This document shows, piece by piece, positions 20,915 through 29,126 of a DNA stretch of 38,649 nt; position 1 is the stretch's first letter; every line of letters starts with the position of its first letter. Source of the DNA: Candidatus Levyibacteriota bacterium (lineage in GTDB: Bacteria > Patescibacteriota > Microgenomatia > Levybacterales > UBA12049); the NCBI GenBank assembly GCA_016186625.1, contig JACPLG010000016.1, positions 1 to 38,649 of the forward strand, in the 5' to 3' direction. The notes beneath the pieces were generated by a model. That model was not told the DNA's origin and searched no databases. It saw only the letters and a program-made list of their open reading frames with translations. Both the position numbers and the translations under genes were made by a program.

Positions 20915-20942
20915 ACATTTTTCCGCTCGAGTTGAAATTTGT
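20915..20942. repeat. 28-bp imperfect palindrome, copy 2
   Basis: Identical direct repeat of 20283-20310, lying in the promoter region of the PaaX-like gene. Confidence 0.95.
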
Positions 20943-20980
20943 TCCAAGAAGTTAATAATGTTGGCTATGTTTGAAGTAAG

Positions 20981-21001
20981 GAGAATATAGACTTTTTAAG
21001 A
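20981..21001 (+). repeat. 21-bp direct repeat, copy 1
   Basis: GAGAATATAGACTTTTTAAGA, identical at 21513-21533; 12-nt partial copy at 22359-22370. Confidence 0.9.
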
Positions 21002-21054
21002 ATAAATATCAAGAGTCTTTACATAAGTAGGTAACAGGCATATAATGCCACATT

Positions 21055-21450
21055 ATGGAATCTGAGTTTTCAAGGTTAATGAGATACACAGAAGAACCCA
21101 GCGGAAATCCTACATACTCTTATGTCCAGACTGATGTTACGCTTCAAACAGTAAGCTCCCTTAAAGAGGAAGCTGTTAAATCAAGGGATACCGATGAGGC
21201 AGGAGATTTTCGTGTTACCCTTCTTGAAACTATGGCAGATGCGTTTCAGGCAGGTAAGCGTGTAAGATTTGTACCTGTAGTCTTAAAAGAGCAAGGAGTA
21301 ATGCCACTCGTTGTTATTTCAATAATGCCATTAAGAATTGGCGACAAACCAGAAGCAAGCCTCACAGTTATGGACACCGAAGCAATCAATTTACTTGAAG
21401 TAATTTTCCCTACATTTAATGGTCAAATAACAGAATCCGCTGCAAGATAA
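21055..21450 (+). CDS. Hypothetical protein (131 aa)
   Basis: ORF preceded by TTTACA-17-TATAAT (21018-21046), 8 nt before the ATG; no recognisable motif. Confidence 0.65.
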   Translation: MESEFSRLMRYTEEPSGNPTYSYVQTDVTLQTVSSLKEEAVKSRDTDEAGDFRVTLLETMADAFQAGKRVRFVPVVLKEQGVMPLVVISIMPLRIGDKPEASLTVMDTEAINLLEVIFPTFNGQITESAAR

Positions 21451-21512
21451 GAATACCAACTGATATTGGGTGGACATTTAAGAAGAGGTAATTGGTTAGT
21501 TTTTTCTCCAGC

Positions 21513-21533
21513 GAGAATATAGACTTTTTAAGA
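21513..21533 (+). repeat. 21-bp direct repeat, copy 2
   Basis: Identical to 20981-21001. Confidence 0.9.
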
Positions 21534-21553
21534 TTAGAGGTCAGGGGAAATTG

Positions 21554-21982
21554 CTAGCTATAAAATAATTTAACGTATCTCTTATTTTCATTAAATTCGA
21601 TTTTCTCAAATTTATCCATAAATCCAAACCTTCCTAAGAGCGGAATCGTATTCTCATATGCAAAATCTGCTTCTGTCGTTATTTTATATGAACCCACGAA
21701 AAATGTTATTTTATGGGTGTAAGTAGCGATTGGTACATTATCAATTCCCGCTGTTTTTCCTTCCTTTCCTTTTTTAACATTTAGTCCTAATGCCTCTCCC
21801 CAAACCCCTGGCAACAATATTCGATCAGCTCCGGTGTCAAAAAGACAATCTAGGGGGTTCATAACCTTTCTATTTTTTGTTAAAAACCTGATGGGAATTT
21901 TCGGGCGAAGTACTTCTACCTTCTCACCTGTCAAATAATCTGTTGCTACCTCAGGAACAAAATAAAATGTAATATCTTTCAT
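21554..21982 (-). CDS. Retropepsin-like aspartyl protease
   Basis: LFDTGAD catalytic motif and LLGR. Confidence 0.85.
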   Translation of the reverse strand: MKDITFYFVPEVATDYLTGEKVEVLRPKIPIRFLTKNRKVMNPLDCLFDTGADRILLPGVWGEALGLNVKKGKEGKTAGIDNVPIATYTHKITFFVGSYKITTEADFAYENTIPLLGRFGFMDKFEKIEFNENKRYVKLFYS

Positions 21983-22156
21983 TTACGGGGAAACAGTAAT
22001 ATCTGATCGGGGAATAAAAGAAACTATCAGCTCTTTATCTGTTTTGATTTTTTTCAATAAACCATCCAATGACTTAGACTTATTAACAATATGCTTCCTG
22101 TCTTTTGAATATGCAACCCACATATTTTCGTAACTAATGAGATCTTTTAGATTCAT
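21983..22156 (-). CDS. Small DUF5678-like protein paired with the protease
   Basis: Y.N.WVA....IV....L..L pattern; abuts the protease start; TATAAT 6 nt before the ATG. Confidence 0.6.
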   Translation of the reverse strand: MNLKDLISYENMWVAYSKDRKHIVNKSKSLDGLLKKIKTDKELIVSFIPRSDITVSP

Positions 22157-22249
22157 ATACATATTATACACATTACAATCAAGAATTAAAACAGATACTT
22201 CCTATGTAGAGTTTTATTAATTATAAATACTATCTTGAGAGTTGAAAGT

Positions 22250-22279
22250 CTAATTCTTCTGTCTCAGAAATGCGGGGAT
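22250..22279 (-). repeat. Copy of ftsZ 3' end (att copy C)
   Basis: atc ccc gca ttt ctg aga cag aag aat tag = IPAFLRQKN*, intergenic. Confidence 0.9.
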
Positions 22280-22434
22280 TCCTTAGTCAAGACTTAATTT
22301 TAGCTTCGATTCTCTACAAGCAACCTTAGTCTTAAGAAATCTTTTTTAAGTCTTGATTAGAATATAGACTGTTTGAGGAATAATTTCAAGTATTATCGAT
22401 ATAGGCTGTGTCGCTTTACGATATAATAACAGCT

Positions 22435-23094
22435 ATGAAAACAGTTCCTATTTGTATCTTTTGCGGAAGCCCAGCAGACACAAGAGAACATATTCCAGCA
22501 AAGCAGTTTTTCAAAGGAACTCCTGATATGAACCTTATTACTGTGCCATCGTGCAAAAATTGCAATAAAGGATTCCAAAAAGATGAAGATTTTTTCAGAC
22601 AATTCAATGCAGGCTTCTTAATGGACAGGTCGGAGAGGGCAAAGGAGTTAATGGAGAATCAGATTACAAGGTCAATTAAAAGAAAACCGGCGCTAGCTCA
22701 TCAAATGTTTAGTCAAATGCATTTAGTTGATGCTTATACCAAGTCTAAGAAAGTTTATATTGGTAAGGCAACGGCATATCATATTACTGCTTCTGACACA
22801 AAAAGAATTAATAGAATAGTCAGAAAGATTATAGAAGGTTTATTCTTCCACGAGTTTAAGCAGATTCTACCTAAAGATTGGGTCGTAAGAATTGTTTGGG
22901 TAAATCCCAAAGTAGAAAAAGAGCTTGGTTTAATTGAATTAGCTAAAACTTTAAAATGGAGAGTAATTAAAGAAGATACATTCGCATATGGAGTTGATTT
23001 TGTTCCGGAAACACATCAATCAATTTGGCTGATTGATTTTTTTAAGGTTTCACTTTTTTATCTGTTGGTGTTGGATAGAAAAACTGCTAAATAA
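22435..23094 (+). CDS. HNH endonuclease-domain protein
   Basis: CIFC...TREHIP...VPSCKNCN zinc-binding HNH motif at the N-terminus. Confidence 0.8.
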   Translation: MKTVPICIFCGSPADTREHIPAKQFFKGTPDMNLITVPSCKNCNKGFQKDEDFFRQFNAGFLMDRSERAKELMENQITRSIKRKPALAHQMFSQMHLVDAYTKSKKVYIGKATAYHITASDTKRINRIVRKIIEGLFFHEFKQILPKDWVVRIVWVNPKVEKELGLIELAKTLKWRVIKEDTFAYGVDFVPETHQSIWLIDFFKVSLFYLLVLDRKTAK

Positions 23095-23139
23095 TGTCGT
23101 AATTTAATCTGGAATGTTAATTTTTAAGAAGTCTAGCTA

Positions 23140-23826
23140 TCAATTGACTTCTATTCCTAAAGAACCGACATCTTTTATTAATTTTTGGGGAATTGGTGAC
23201 AAAGACCGTATTTCTTTTTCATACCCCCTTATTATTTCTTCGCCGTCTTTTAAAATCTGATCTAGAGATGGTATTGAACCAACTCCTAATCCAGCTTTTT
23301 CATAATCCGGTAATTTTTCTTTATCTTTCTTTTCATTTAATTCAAAATAAGTCTTAAAGTTATTTGAATTGAATAATCCCCAAACTAGACTTTCAAAGAA
23401 ATATACCTCTAAAGCCTCTCGCATCTCACTGCTTTTTAGGTCTTTTGAGCTTATCACATCTTTTTCCAAAGCTTTTAAATTTATCGGATCTATGTCTTTA
23501 GAAAATTTAGAAGGCTTAACAATATCTCTTGGGTTCTTATTGCCTCTCTCATTCCATAAAGGCTTTGAATCACTTACGACTTTAACTATATCGAATGATT
23601 CCTTGCTATCCCAATCGTTACCCCGAAACATAGTGGCGATTATTTCCAAAGCTAATTTAGGACGACAAGCACCAATACTTGCAGACCAATCAATCATTTG
23701 GTCAATAGTAGAATCTAAGACAAAGCTACTAACTACGGCCTCCGAATTAAGTAAGCCACGCCTTCTTGGCCAATTCATCTGGCGTAAAAGTCCCACAACA
23801 TAATAAAAACCAAAAATAGATGACAT
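23140..23826 (-). CDS. Hypothetical protein (228 aa)
   Basis: Long ORF in AT-rich DNA; no motif recognised. Confidence 0.65.
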   Translation of the reverse strand: MSSIFGFYYVVGLLRQMNWPRRRGLLNSEAVVSSFVLDSTIDQMIDWSASIGACRPKLALEIIATMFRGNDWDSKESFDIVKVVSDSKPLWNERGNKNPRDIVKPSKFSKDIDPINLKALEKDVISSKDLKSSEMREALEVYFFESLVWGLFNSNNFKTYFELNEKKDKEKLPDYEKAGLGVGSIPSLDQILKDGEEIIRGYEKEIRSLSPIPQKLIKDVGSLGIEVN

Positions 23827-23897
23827 AGTTAATTCGAATCTACAAAGTTTAAATTATTATACTTCAAAAAATACTAAAAACACCAGTAAGGGGATAA

Positions 23898-24374
23898 TTA
23901 TTTATCGCTTTCTAATTCTTCTATTCGCGACCTACTTAGCTTCCAAATCTTTTTATCTATCAGATAACCTGCTTCGGCCTGCGTTTGCTGATAATTTTTA
24001 AGTCCAGAGATAATGGCATCTATTATTTCCTTATTACCGAAACGAACGAGGAAATCTCTAGTTGCTTCTTCGTCATTTGTATAAGAAATAAGTTCCATCT
24101 CTGTCCCTTCTAGAAGTTTAACTTTATCATGCATCTCTTGTTCATAATAATAGGCCTCCATTTTATTAAGCGCTCCTTGAATTATGGCAATTGGATATGG
24201 CAATAATGATTCAGGTATATCTATACCAAAAAGAATCCTAACTCCACCGAAATATTCAAGATGAGCACCCCAAACTTGAACGATATTTTTAGCTTCTTCT
24301 AGGGTTAGTTTTTCGGATATATGTTTTGAACGCAAACTATCCAGCTTTTCTGCCCTTTTCATCAAATCACTCAT
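23898..24374 (-). CDS. Hypothetical protein (158 aa)
   Basis: ORF with upstream GAGG; no motif recognised. Confidence 0.65.
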   Translation of the reverse strand: MSDLMKRAEKLDSLRSKHISEKLTLEEAKNIVQVWGAHLEYFGGVRILFGIDIPESLLPYPIAIIQGALNKMEAYYYEQEMHDKVKLLEGTEMELISYTNDEEATRDFLVRFGNKEIIDAIISGLKNYQQTQAEAGYLIDKKIWKLSRSRIEELESDK

Positions 24375-24517
24375 ATCCCTCTTATATCGTATTTAATATT
24401 CAAAGTCAAAGCGATTACTATGTCGCACAATAGTAATATTGCGACGCGGTTTTGAGGCTGATTTATAATTCCCCCCTAGAGCTTTGAGGCTATGTTGAAA
24501 ACTATAAGATTTCATAA

Positions 24518-25141
24518 TTAGTTCTTTTTCTCAGCTTTTTCCCAAAACCATTTCCTACCCTTTACCCTTGAATCAAAGATATGTTGGCCGTCCCATTTAG
24601 CGTATATTGTTATCTCCAAAGAGTCTCCACTTTCCTGAAAGATTTTTAAATTTATTTTAGAATCGCCTTCCTCTAAAAAACAGAAGTCTTTAATCTCTTG
24701 GGCATAGCGTGAACCAAATCTCAAGAAAAATTGAAGATTTGTTATGTCTTTTCCCCTGTTTATGTGTTCGAAAAGATCCAAATACACCGTTTGATTAGGA
24801 AGTATTTCTCTACTTTCTGTATCAAGATGTGTCCAGCGTAAAGGAATAGGAAGAAAGTTTTTTCTAACCTTATTTCCATCATCAAACACTTCTACAATAT
24901 CTACTTGGACTTTCTTTGCTGTATCATTCCCGGAGTTCTTTATTACCAATCTCCATAAATCAAGAGATGGATTCTGGTTATTCTGTATAAGATCAACTAT
25001 TTCAATTTTAGGCTTATACCCAAGTCGCTTAAGTCCTCTCCCCCAAATAGCGATAACCAGTGCGGTCAGCGAAGCAATAATTGTGCCAATTAAAGCTCCG
25101 TATCTTACAAGAAAATCTGTAATGTTGGAAACAATATCCAT
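24518..25141 (-). CDS. Hypothetical protein with N-terminal TM helix
   Basis: Hydrophobic GALIGTIIASLTALVIAIW; TGcTATAAT 8 nt before the ATG. Confidence 0.7.
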   Translation of the reverse strand: MDIVSNITDFLVRYGALIGTIIASLTALVIAIWGRGLKRLGYKPKIEIVDLIQNNQNPSLDLWRLVIKNSGNDTAKKVQVDIVEVFDDGNKVRKNFLPIPLRWTHLDTESREILPNQTVYLDLFEHINRGKDITNLQFFLRFGSRYAQEIKDFCFLEEGDSKINLKIFQESGDSLEITIYAKWDGQHIFDSRVKGRKWFWEKAEKKN

Positions 25142-25332
25142 ATCTTACAATTATAGCAAAGGAGGATTCCAAAATTTACACGGTGGGGACTAGCACTTCT
25201 AATTGTGTAAAACACACAGGAGGTATTAGTGATTGCCCGCATATACCTTTGTGAATATATTACTGAAACACAACTGCAATGTTAGTCCAATGTAAATGCA
25301 ATAAGTAAAACGCAACTTAAATACAAGTTAAA

Positions 25333-25370
25333 CATAACTATAGCATAACTATAATATGACTATAATATGA
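25333..25370 (+). repeat. 11-bp tandem repeat (about 3.5 copies)
   Basis: cataactatag cataactataa tatgactataa tatga. Confidence 0.7.
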
Positions 25371-25421
25371 ATTTTTTAATAAAAGGGGGTATTCCTTATA
25401 CATATTAAATTAAAATTTCAA

Positions 25422-25961
25422 TTAAAGTGCGTGTTCTTTGTCTAGGAGAAATCTCTTATAAACTTCATTGAGGTCTTTCACTTTATCCGGATCAAAGTAT
25501 TCTTTTGAGTTAAAACCTATTAAGCAGGTTTTACCATCTGGATTGTCCCCTACCCAAGCATAAAAGATTCTATCCGGTTTATCCTGAAATATAATTTGAA
25601 TATCTTTTCCGTTTTCTTGATTATCGTCAATAGTGGCAACTATAAACTTGCTTTTATAATAATCTCTGCTAAATGCATCAAGACCAGTTATTATCCCTTC
25701 TCTGCGATCTTCTTTAACAGCTCCTTGTAAGATACAAACTTGTGAACCGTCATTCGCTAGATAAGCATTAAAAGCTTTTCGAAGAAAAATAACAGAAGGG
25801 TTTTTATAAACTTGATAATATCCTTCAAGTTCTTTCTGATTGACAGAAACTTCTTGAGTTGTCTGTGGACTTGATTTACTTATTTGGGAGTATCCAATTG
25901 CAACAGCAACGATAATTAAAATAGCAATAAGTGGTAAATACGATTTATGAAATAGCTTCAT
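25422..25961 (-). CDS. Hypothetical exported/membrane-anchored protein
   Basis: Start moved to ATG 25961 to remove overlap; N-terminal TM. Confidence 0.7.
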   Translation of the reverse strand: MKLFHKSYLPLIAILIIVAVAIGYSQISKSSPQTTQEVSVNQKELEGYYQVYKNPSVIFLRKAFNAYLANDGSQVCILQGAVKEDRREGIITGLDAFSRDYYKSKFIVATIDDNQENGKDIQIIFQDKPDRIFYAWVGDNPDGKTCLIGFNSKEYFDPDKVKDLNEVYKRFLLDKEHAL

Positions 25962-25962
25962 T

Positions 25963-26298
25963 TCAATCTTTATTTTTTTGTATTTTGGGAAATAAAAATC
26001 TATAAAGCCCGAATCCAACCATATAGACAGTCAATACTATGATAGCAATTCTTGGTGATTCTTCTTCTATTTTACGCCAAAATAGCCACTTCTGCTTCTC
26101 TTTCTCATAGCAAGATACATATTGGTAATTATTCAAATCTTTTGATTTGCAATATTCTATTTTACTCGCATAGTTATCAAATACCGGTGATGAATATAAT
26201 TTCGAAATTAAGACTATCAAGGCAACAATAATGCTAGACGAAATTGCAATTACCTGAATCAGTTTTAGAAATCTCTCTCTACTAAAAGTCCTGTTCAT
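25963..26298 (-). CDS. Small two-TM membrane protein
   Basis: Two hydrophobic helices flanking a loop with two Cys. Confidence 0.65.
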   Translation of the reverse strand: MNRTFSRERFLKLIQVIAISSSIIVALIVLISKLYSSPVFDNYASKIEYCKSKDLNNYQYVSCYEKEKQKWLFWRKIEEESPRIAIIVLTVYMVGFGLYRFLFPKIQKNKD

Positions 26299-26413
26299 AG
26301 TTCTAGTTGAATCTTACCTGTCAGTTAATATAAAAGTCAATAGTTTTTAGCCTTTAAATCTTTCCTTCTGCGTTATGTTTTAAGACCATCTCTTTTGTTA
26401 AGGTTGAAGCAAT

Positions 26414-26638
26414 ATGGCAGAAGTAAGAATAACCCAAAAAGATATACAGCTTGGAAAAAGAATAAGACGATTCAGAAAAAAGGTAGATTTAACACAAGAA
26501 GAACTAGCAGAGAAAGTCCGGGTAAGCACAACACACATTGGTCTGGTAGAAACAGGAAAGAGAAGATTAAGCCTAAAGACGCTTCAAAAAATTGCTTCAG
26601 CACTTGGCGTAAAAGTTAAAGATTTACTCCCCTTTTAA
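26414..26638 (+). CDS. XRE/Cro-CI family HTH regulator
   Basis: LGKRIRRFRK...LTQEELAEKV.VS..HI..VE.G...L..IA.ALGV. Confidence 0.9.
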   Translation: MAEVRITQKDIQLGKRIRRFRKKVDLTQEELAEKVRVSTTHIGLVETGKRRLSLKTLQKIASALGVKVKDLLPF

Positions 26639-26674
26639 AAGTCGCGATCTTTTTCAGAATGTTATAATCACTTT

Positions 26675-27334
26675 GTGACGAAGAAGGGCTTTCAAACTGA
26701 ATTTAAAAATGTTCTTCTAGTTATTGAAAGAGAAGATGTAAAAAAGGCTGTAAAAGGATTGAGGATAAAATGGAAAATTCCAGATAATGGCTTCACAGAT
26801 ATTGATGACTACAATAAATGGATCAATGATTTAACAGAACAATTATTATCCAACTCCGAAAACGGTAGTCCTTCACGATATTCTCTTTTTCTTGATGACA
26901 TTAACACATTGTGTAGGAATCTAAAGATTCCCTCCTATTGGAAAGTTTTTCTAAGAACATATATTCCTACAGGCAAGGTTAAAGAAAAATTAGTCTTAAG
27001 AGTAAAGAGTCTCAATGCTCCTTCCATAAACATTGTCTTGAAAGGTAAAGAAGAAAAGATAAGATTAGAGTTTGGAGCGAATACGAAACTTGCAGACATT
27101 AAAACAATTTGGGGTAAGGTAAAAGAACATCAGAAAATATTACCAGATTATGACACTTCAAGAAAAAGACGAAGGCTTGTAAGGGATATAGAAATCTTCA
27201 AAAAATCACAAGCAGGGAAGAAACCAAAGGAAATCTACGAGGATTTACCTCCTGAAACTCCGGATGATGATTTAAGCCTACAGGCATTAAATAAAGCTTC
27301 TCAAAGAATGAAAAAAATTATAAAAGGACAATAA
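26675..27334 (+). CDS. Hypothetical basic protein, possible C-terminal HTH
   Basis: GTG start 6 nt after TGtTATAAT; C-terminal RD.EI......GK...EI pattern. Confidence 0.6.
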   Translation: MTKKGFQTEFKNVLLVIEREDVKKAVKGLRIKWKIPDNGFTDIDDYNKWINDLTEQLLSNSENGSPSRYSLFLDDINTLCRNLKIPSYWKVFLRTYIPTGKVKEKLVLRVKSLNAPSINIVLKGKEEKIRLEFGANTKLADIKTIWGKVKEHQKILPDYDTSRKRRRLVRDIEIFKKSQAGKKPKEIYEDLPPETPDDDLSLQALNKASQRMKKIIKGQ

Positions 27335-27388
27335 TACTTCACCCCCTAATGTCCTGAACCTTACTTAATCTCTTGCTATTCTAATGCT

Positions 27389-27489
27389 GATCCCTGAGGA
27401 GGGCTCGCAAATAAAGCGAGGGAGTCAAGTGGTTTGACTTGAAACCAGTCTCCTACGAAAGCCCTTCTTCCGTGGAGGCTGGTTTTTCT
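27389..27489 (+). ncRNA. Putative structured leader/attenuator RNA
   Basis: Four consecutive hairpins after TGcTATTCT; the last is a 12-bp stem followed by T residues. Confidence 0.45.
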
Positions 27490-27497
27490 ATTAAAGA

Positions 27498-27866
27498 ATG
27501 GAACATATAGAAAAGACAATAAAAGAAAAAAAGATTAACAGTTCTCCGGCTAACAGTAGAAATAAATATCTAAATACTGTTAACAGTAATAACGGTAGAG
27601 TTTTCCCTTATGCAGACGGAGAAGATTCAACTTCTGAAGGTTTAGCCGTTAAATTAGCTGAAGATTTAGATGATATGAAAAGTCTAAGGTATTACCAGAT
27701 TCTTGCCAAAGAAACTAATCATCAAATTCTCCTAGATACACTTTCTTATACGCTTGAAACAGATCGATTAGGAAAAATTAAAACGACAAAAGCAAGGTAT
27801 TTTATGTTTCTTTTAAAGGTAAGAGGAATCAGAACCAAATTCAAAAAAGAACAAAATGAAAAGTAG
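27498..27866 (+). CDS. Hypothetical protein, possibly replication-initiator-related
   Basis: Asn/Ser-rich N-terminus encoded by TAACAGT repeats; helical C-terminal domain. Confidence 0.55.
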   Translation: MEHIEKTIKEKKINSSPANSRNKYLNTVNSNNGRVFPYADGEDSTSEGLAVKLAEDLDDMKSLRYYQILAKETNHQILLDTLSYTLETDRLGKIKTTKARYFMFLLKVRGIRTKFKKEQNEK

Positions 27867-28032
27867 AAAAAGCGACAAAAATTTATCAAAACAGATCCGT
27901 ATTGATGGCGGACTGCATAGATTACTCAAAATCAAGGCAAGTGAAGATTCTACAAGCATTAGAAGCCTTCTGGAGGCATTTATCGTGGAGATTCTAAAAG
28001 ACAAAACTGCCGGAAAAGAAATTGATTCTTGA
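27856..28032 (+). CDS. Ribbon-helix-helix DNA-binding protein (58 aa, absent from ORF track)
   Basis: MKSRKSDKNLSKQIRIDGGLHRLLKIKASEDSTSIRSLLEAFIVEILKDKTAGKEIDS*; overlaps the upstream stop. Confidence 0.7.
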   Translation: MKSRKSDKNLSKQIRIDGGLHRLLKIKASEDSTSIRSLLEAFIVEILKDKTAGKEIDS

Positions 28033-28115
28033 TTTTTTGCAATATGTTAAATAAGATAAATAATAGTTTCCTACAATATCCCCTATCAACCTCAAGCCAC
28101 TCCCGAAAAGGGAGT

Positions 28116-29126
28116 ATGTTAATAGACAAAAAAGATTTCTATTCATTTCTATCGGTTAAACAAGGATTATCTCAAAGCAGTATCAGGCATTGTATTATTC
28201 GTTTGAAAAAAATAAATGAGTGGTTCTCTGATAAAGACTTGACAAAAAAATCGATAGAAGATTTCTTTATGGAACTTAAGTTAAAAGGATTAAAAAATAA
28301 TTCACTTAATACCTACCGTTTTGTATTTATTCAGTTAAAAGAATACTTTAAAGACAGAGGTCTTTCGTTTGACTTTTTTGATGGATTCAAGTCTTTTAAG
28401 AAAACCAAATCACAAATAATCATTCTTACACAAGAAGAAATAGAAAAGATTTTAAATACCCCCTTATCTTACGGAAAACTATACGGGAAAGATTGTTCTT
28501 TTTTAGATTTCAGATATAGAACTCTAACAATGTTTCTTGCCTATACGGGGAGCAGATTTTCAGAAGCTACTAATTTAAAAATAAAATTTTTGGATTTAAG
28601 CGCAGGAAGAGCAACTTTCGTTGATACCAAAACTAATGAAAATAGAAGTGTTTTCTTCGCTGAACCTCTTAAAAGCAGATTAAAAGAGTTAAGTATAAAT
28701 AGGAATGAAAATGATTTTGTTTTTAGAAATTCTCAAGAAAAACAAGTGAATGCTCCGGATTTTAGTGAAGATTTAAAAAAACGGGCAAAAACTGCCGGAA
28801 TTACAAAAAGAATATATCCTCATATCTTCAGACACAGTTATATTACCCATCTTCTTGAGTCAGGAGTCCCGATTACAGAAGTAGCTAGTCTTGTTGGACA
28901 TAAAGACATACAAACAACTTATGGAAATTATATGCACTTAGCTGATAAAACTTTACAAAAAGCGGCAATGCGACACCCACTTGTAAGAAAAAATGTAAAT
29001 CCTTTAGAAATAATTAAAACAATAAAGGAAACGATAGAGAATCTTCACTTAGAAAATGATCCAAGATTTAAATATCAATTATCAGAAGGGGGTGATAAAT
29101 TAAAGTTTGAAATTTCTACTCTTTAA
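28116..29126 (+). CDS. Tyrosine recombinase/integrase
   Basis: TGSRFSE (R), KT (K), HIFRH (HxxR), LVGH (H), TTYGNY (Y); SAM-like N-terminal domain; GGGAG just before ATG 28116. Confidence 0.93.
   Translation: MLIDKKDFYSFLSVKQGLSQSSIRHCIIRLKKINEWFSDKDLTKKSIEDFFMELKLKGLKNNSLNTYRFVFIQLKEYFKDRGLSFDFFDGFKSFKKTKSQIIILTQEEIEKILNTPLSYGKLYGKDCSFLDFRYRTLTMFLAYTGSRFSEATNLKIKFLDLSAGRATFVDTKTNENRSVFFAEPLKSRLKELSINRNENDFVFRNSQEKQVNAPDFSEDLKKRAKTAGITKRIYPHIFRHSYITHLLESGVPITEVASLVGHKDIQTTYGNYMHLADKTLQKAAMRHPLVRKNVNPLEIIKTIKETIENLHLENDPRFKYQLSEGGDKLKFEISTL

Noticed and set aside
20283-20942. CRISPR array with cas2
   Set aside because: Only two repeats, 632 bp apart and enclosing a gene; no spacers or cas1; the protein is the PaaX-like fusion type.
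24518-24535. Possible further ftsZ-tail copy (AEKKN*)
   Set aside because: Only 9 nt match copy B, the ATCCCCGCATT core is absent, and it is the natural end of a cargo ORF.
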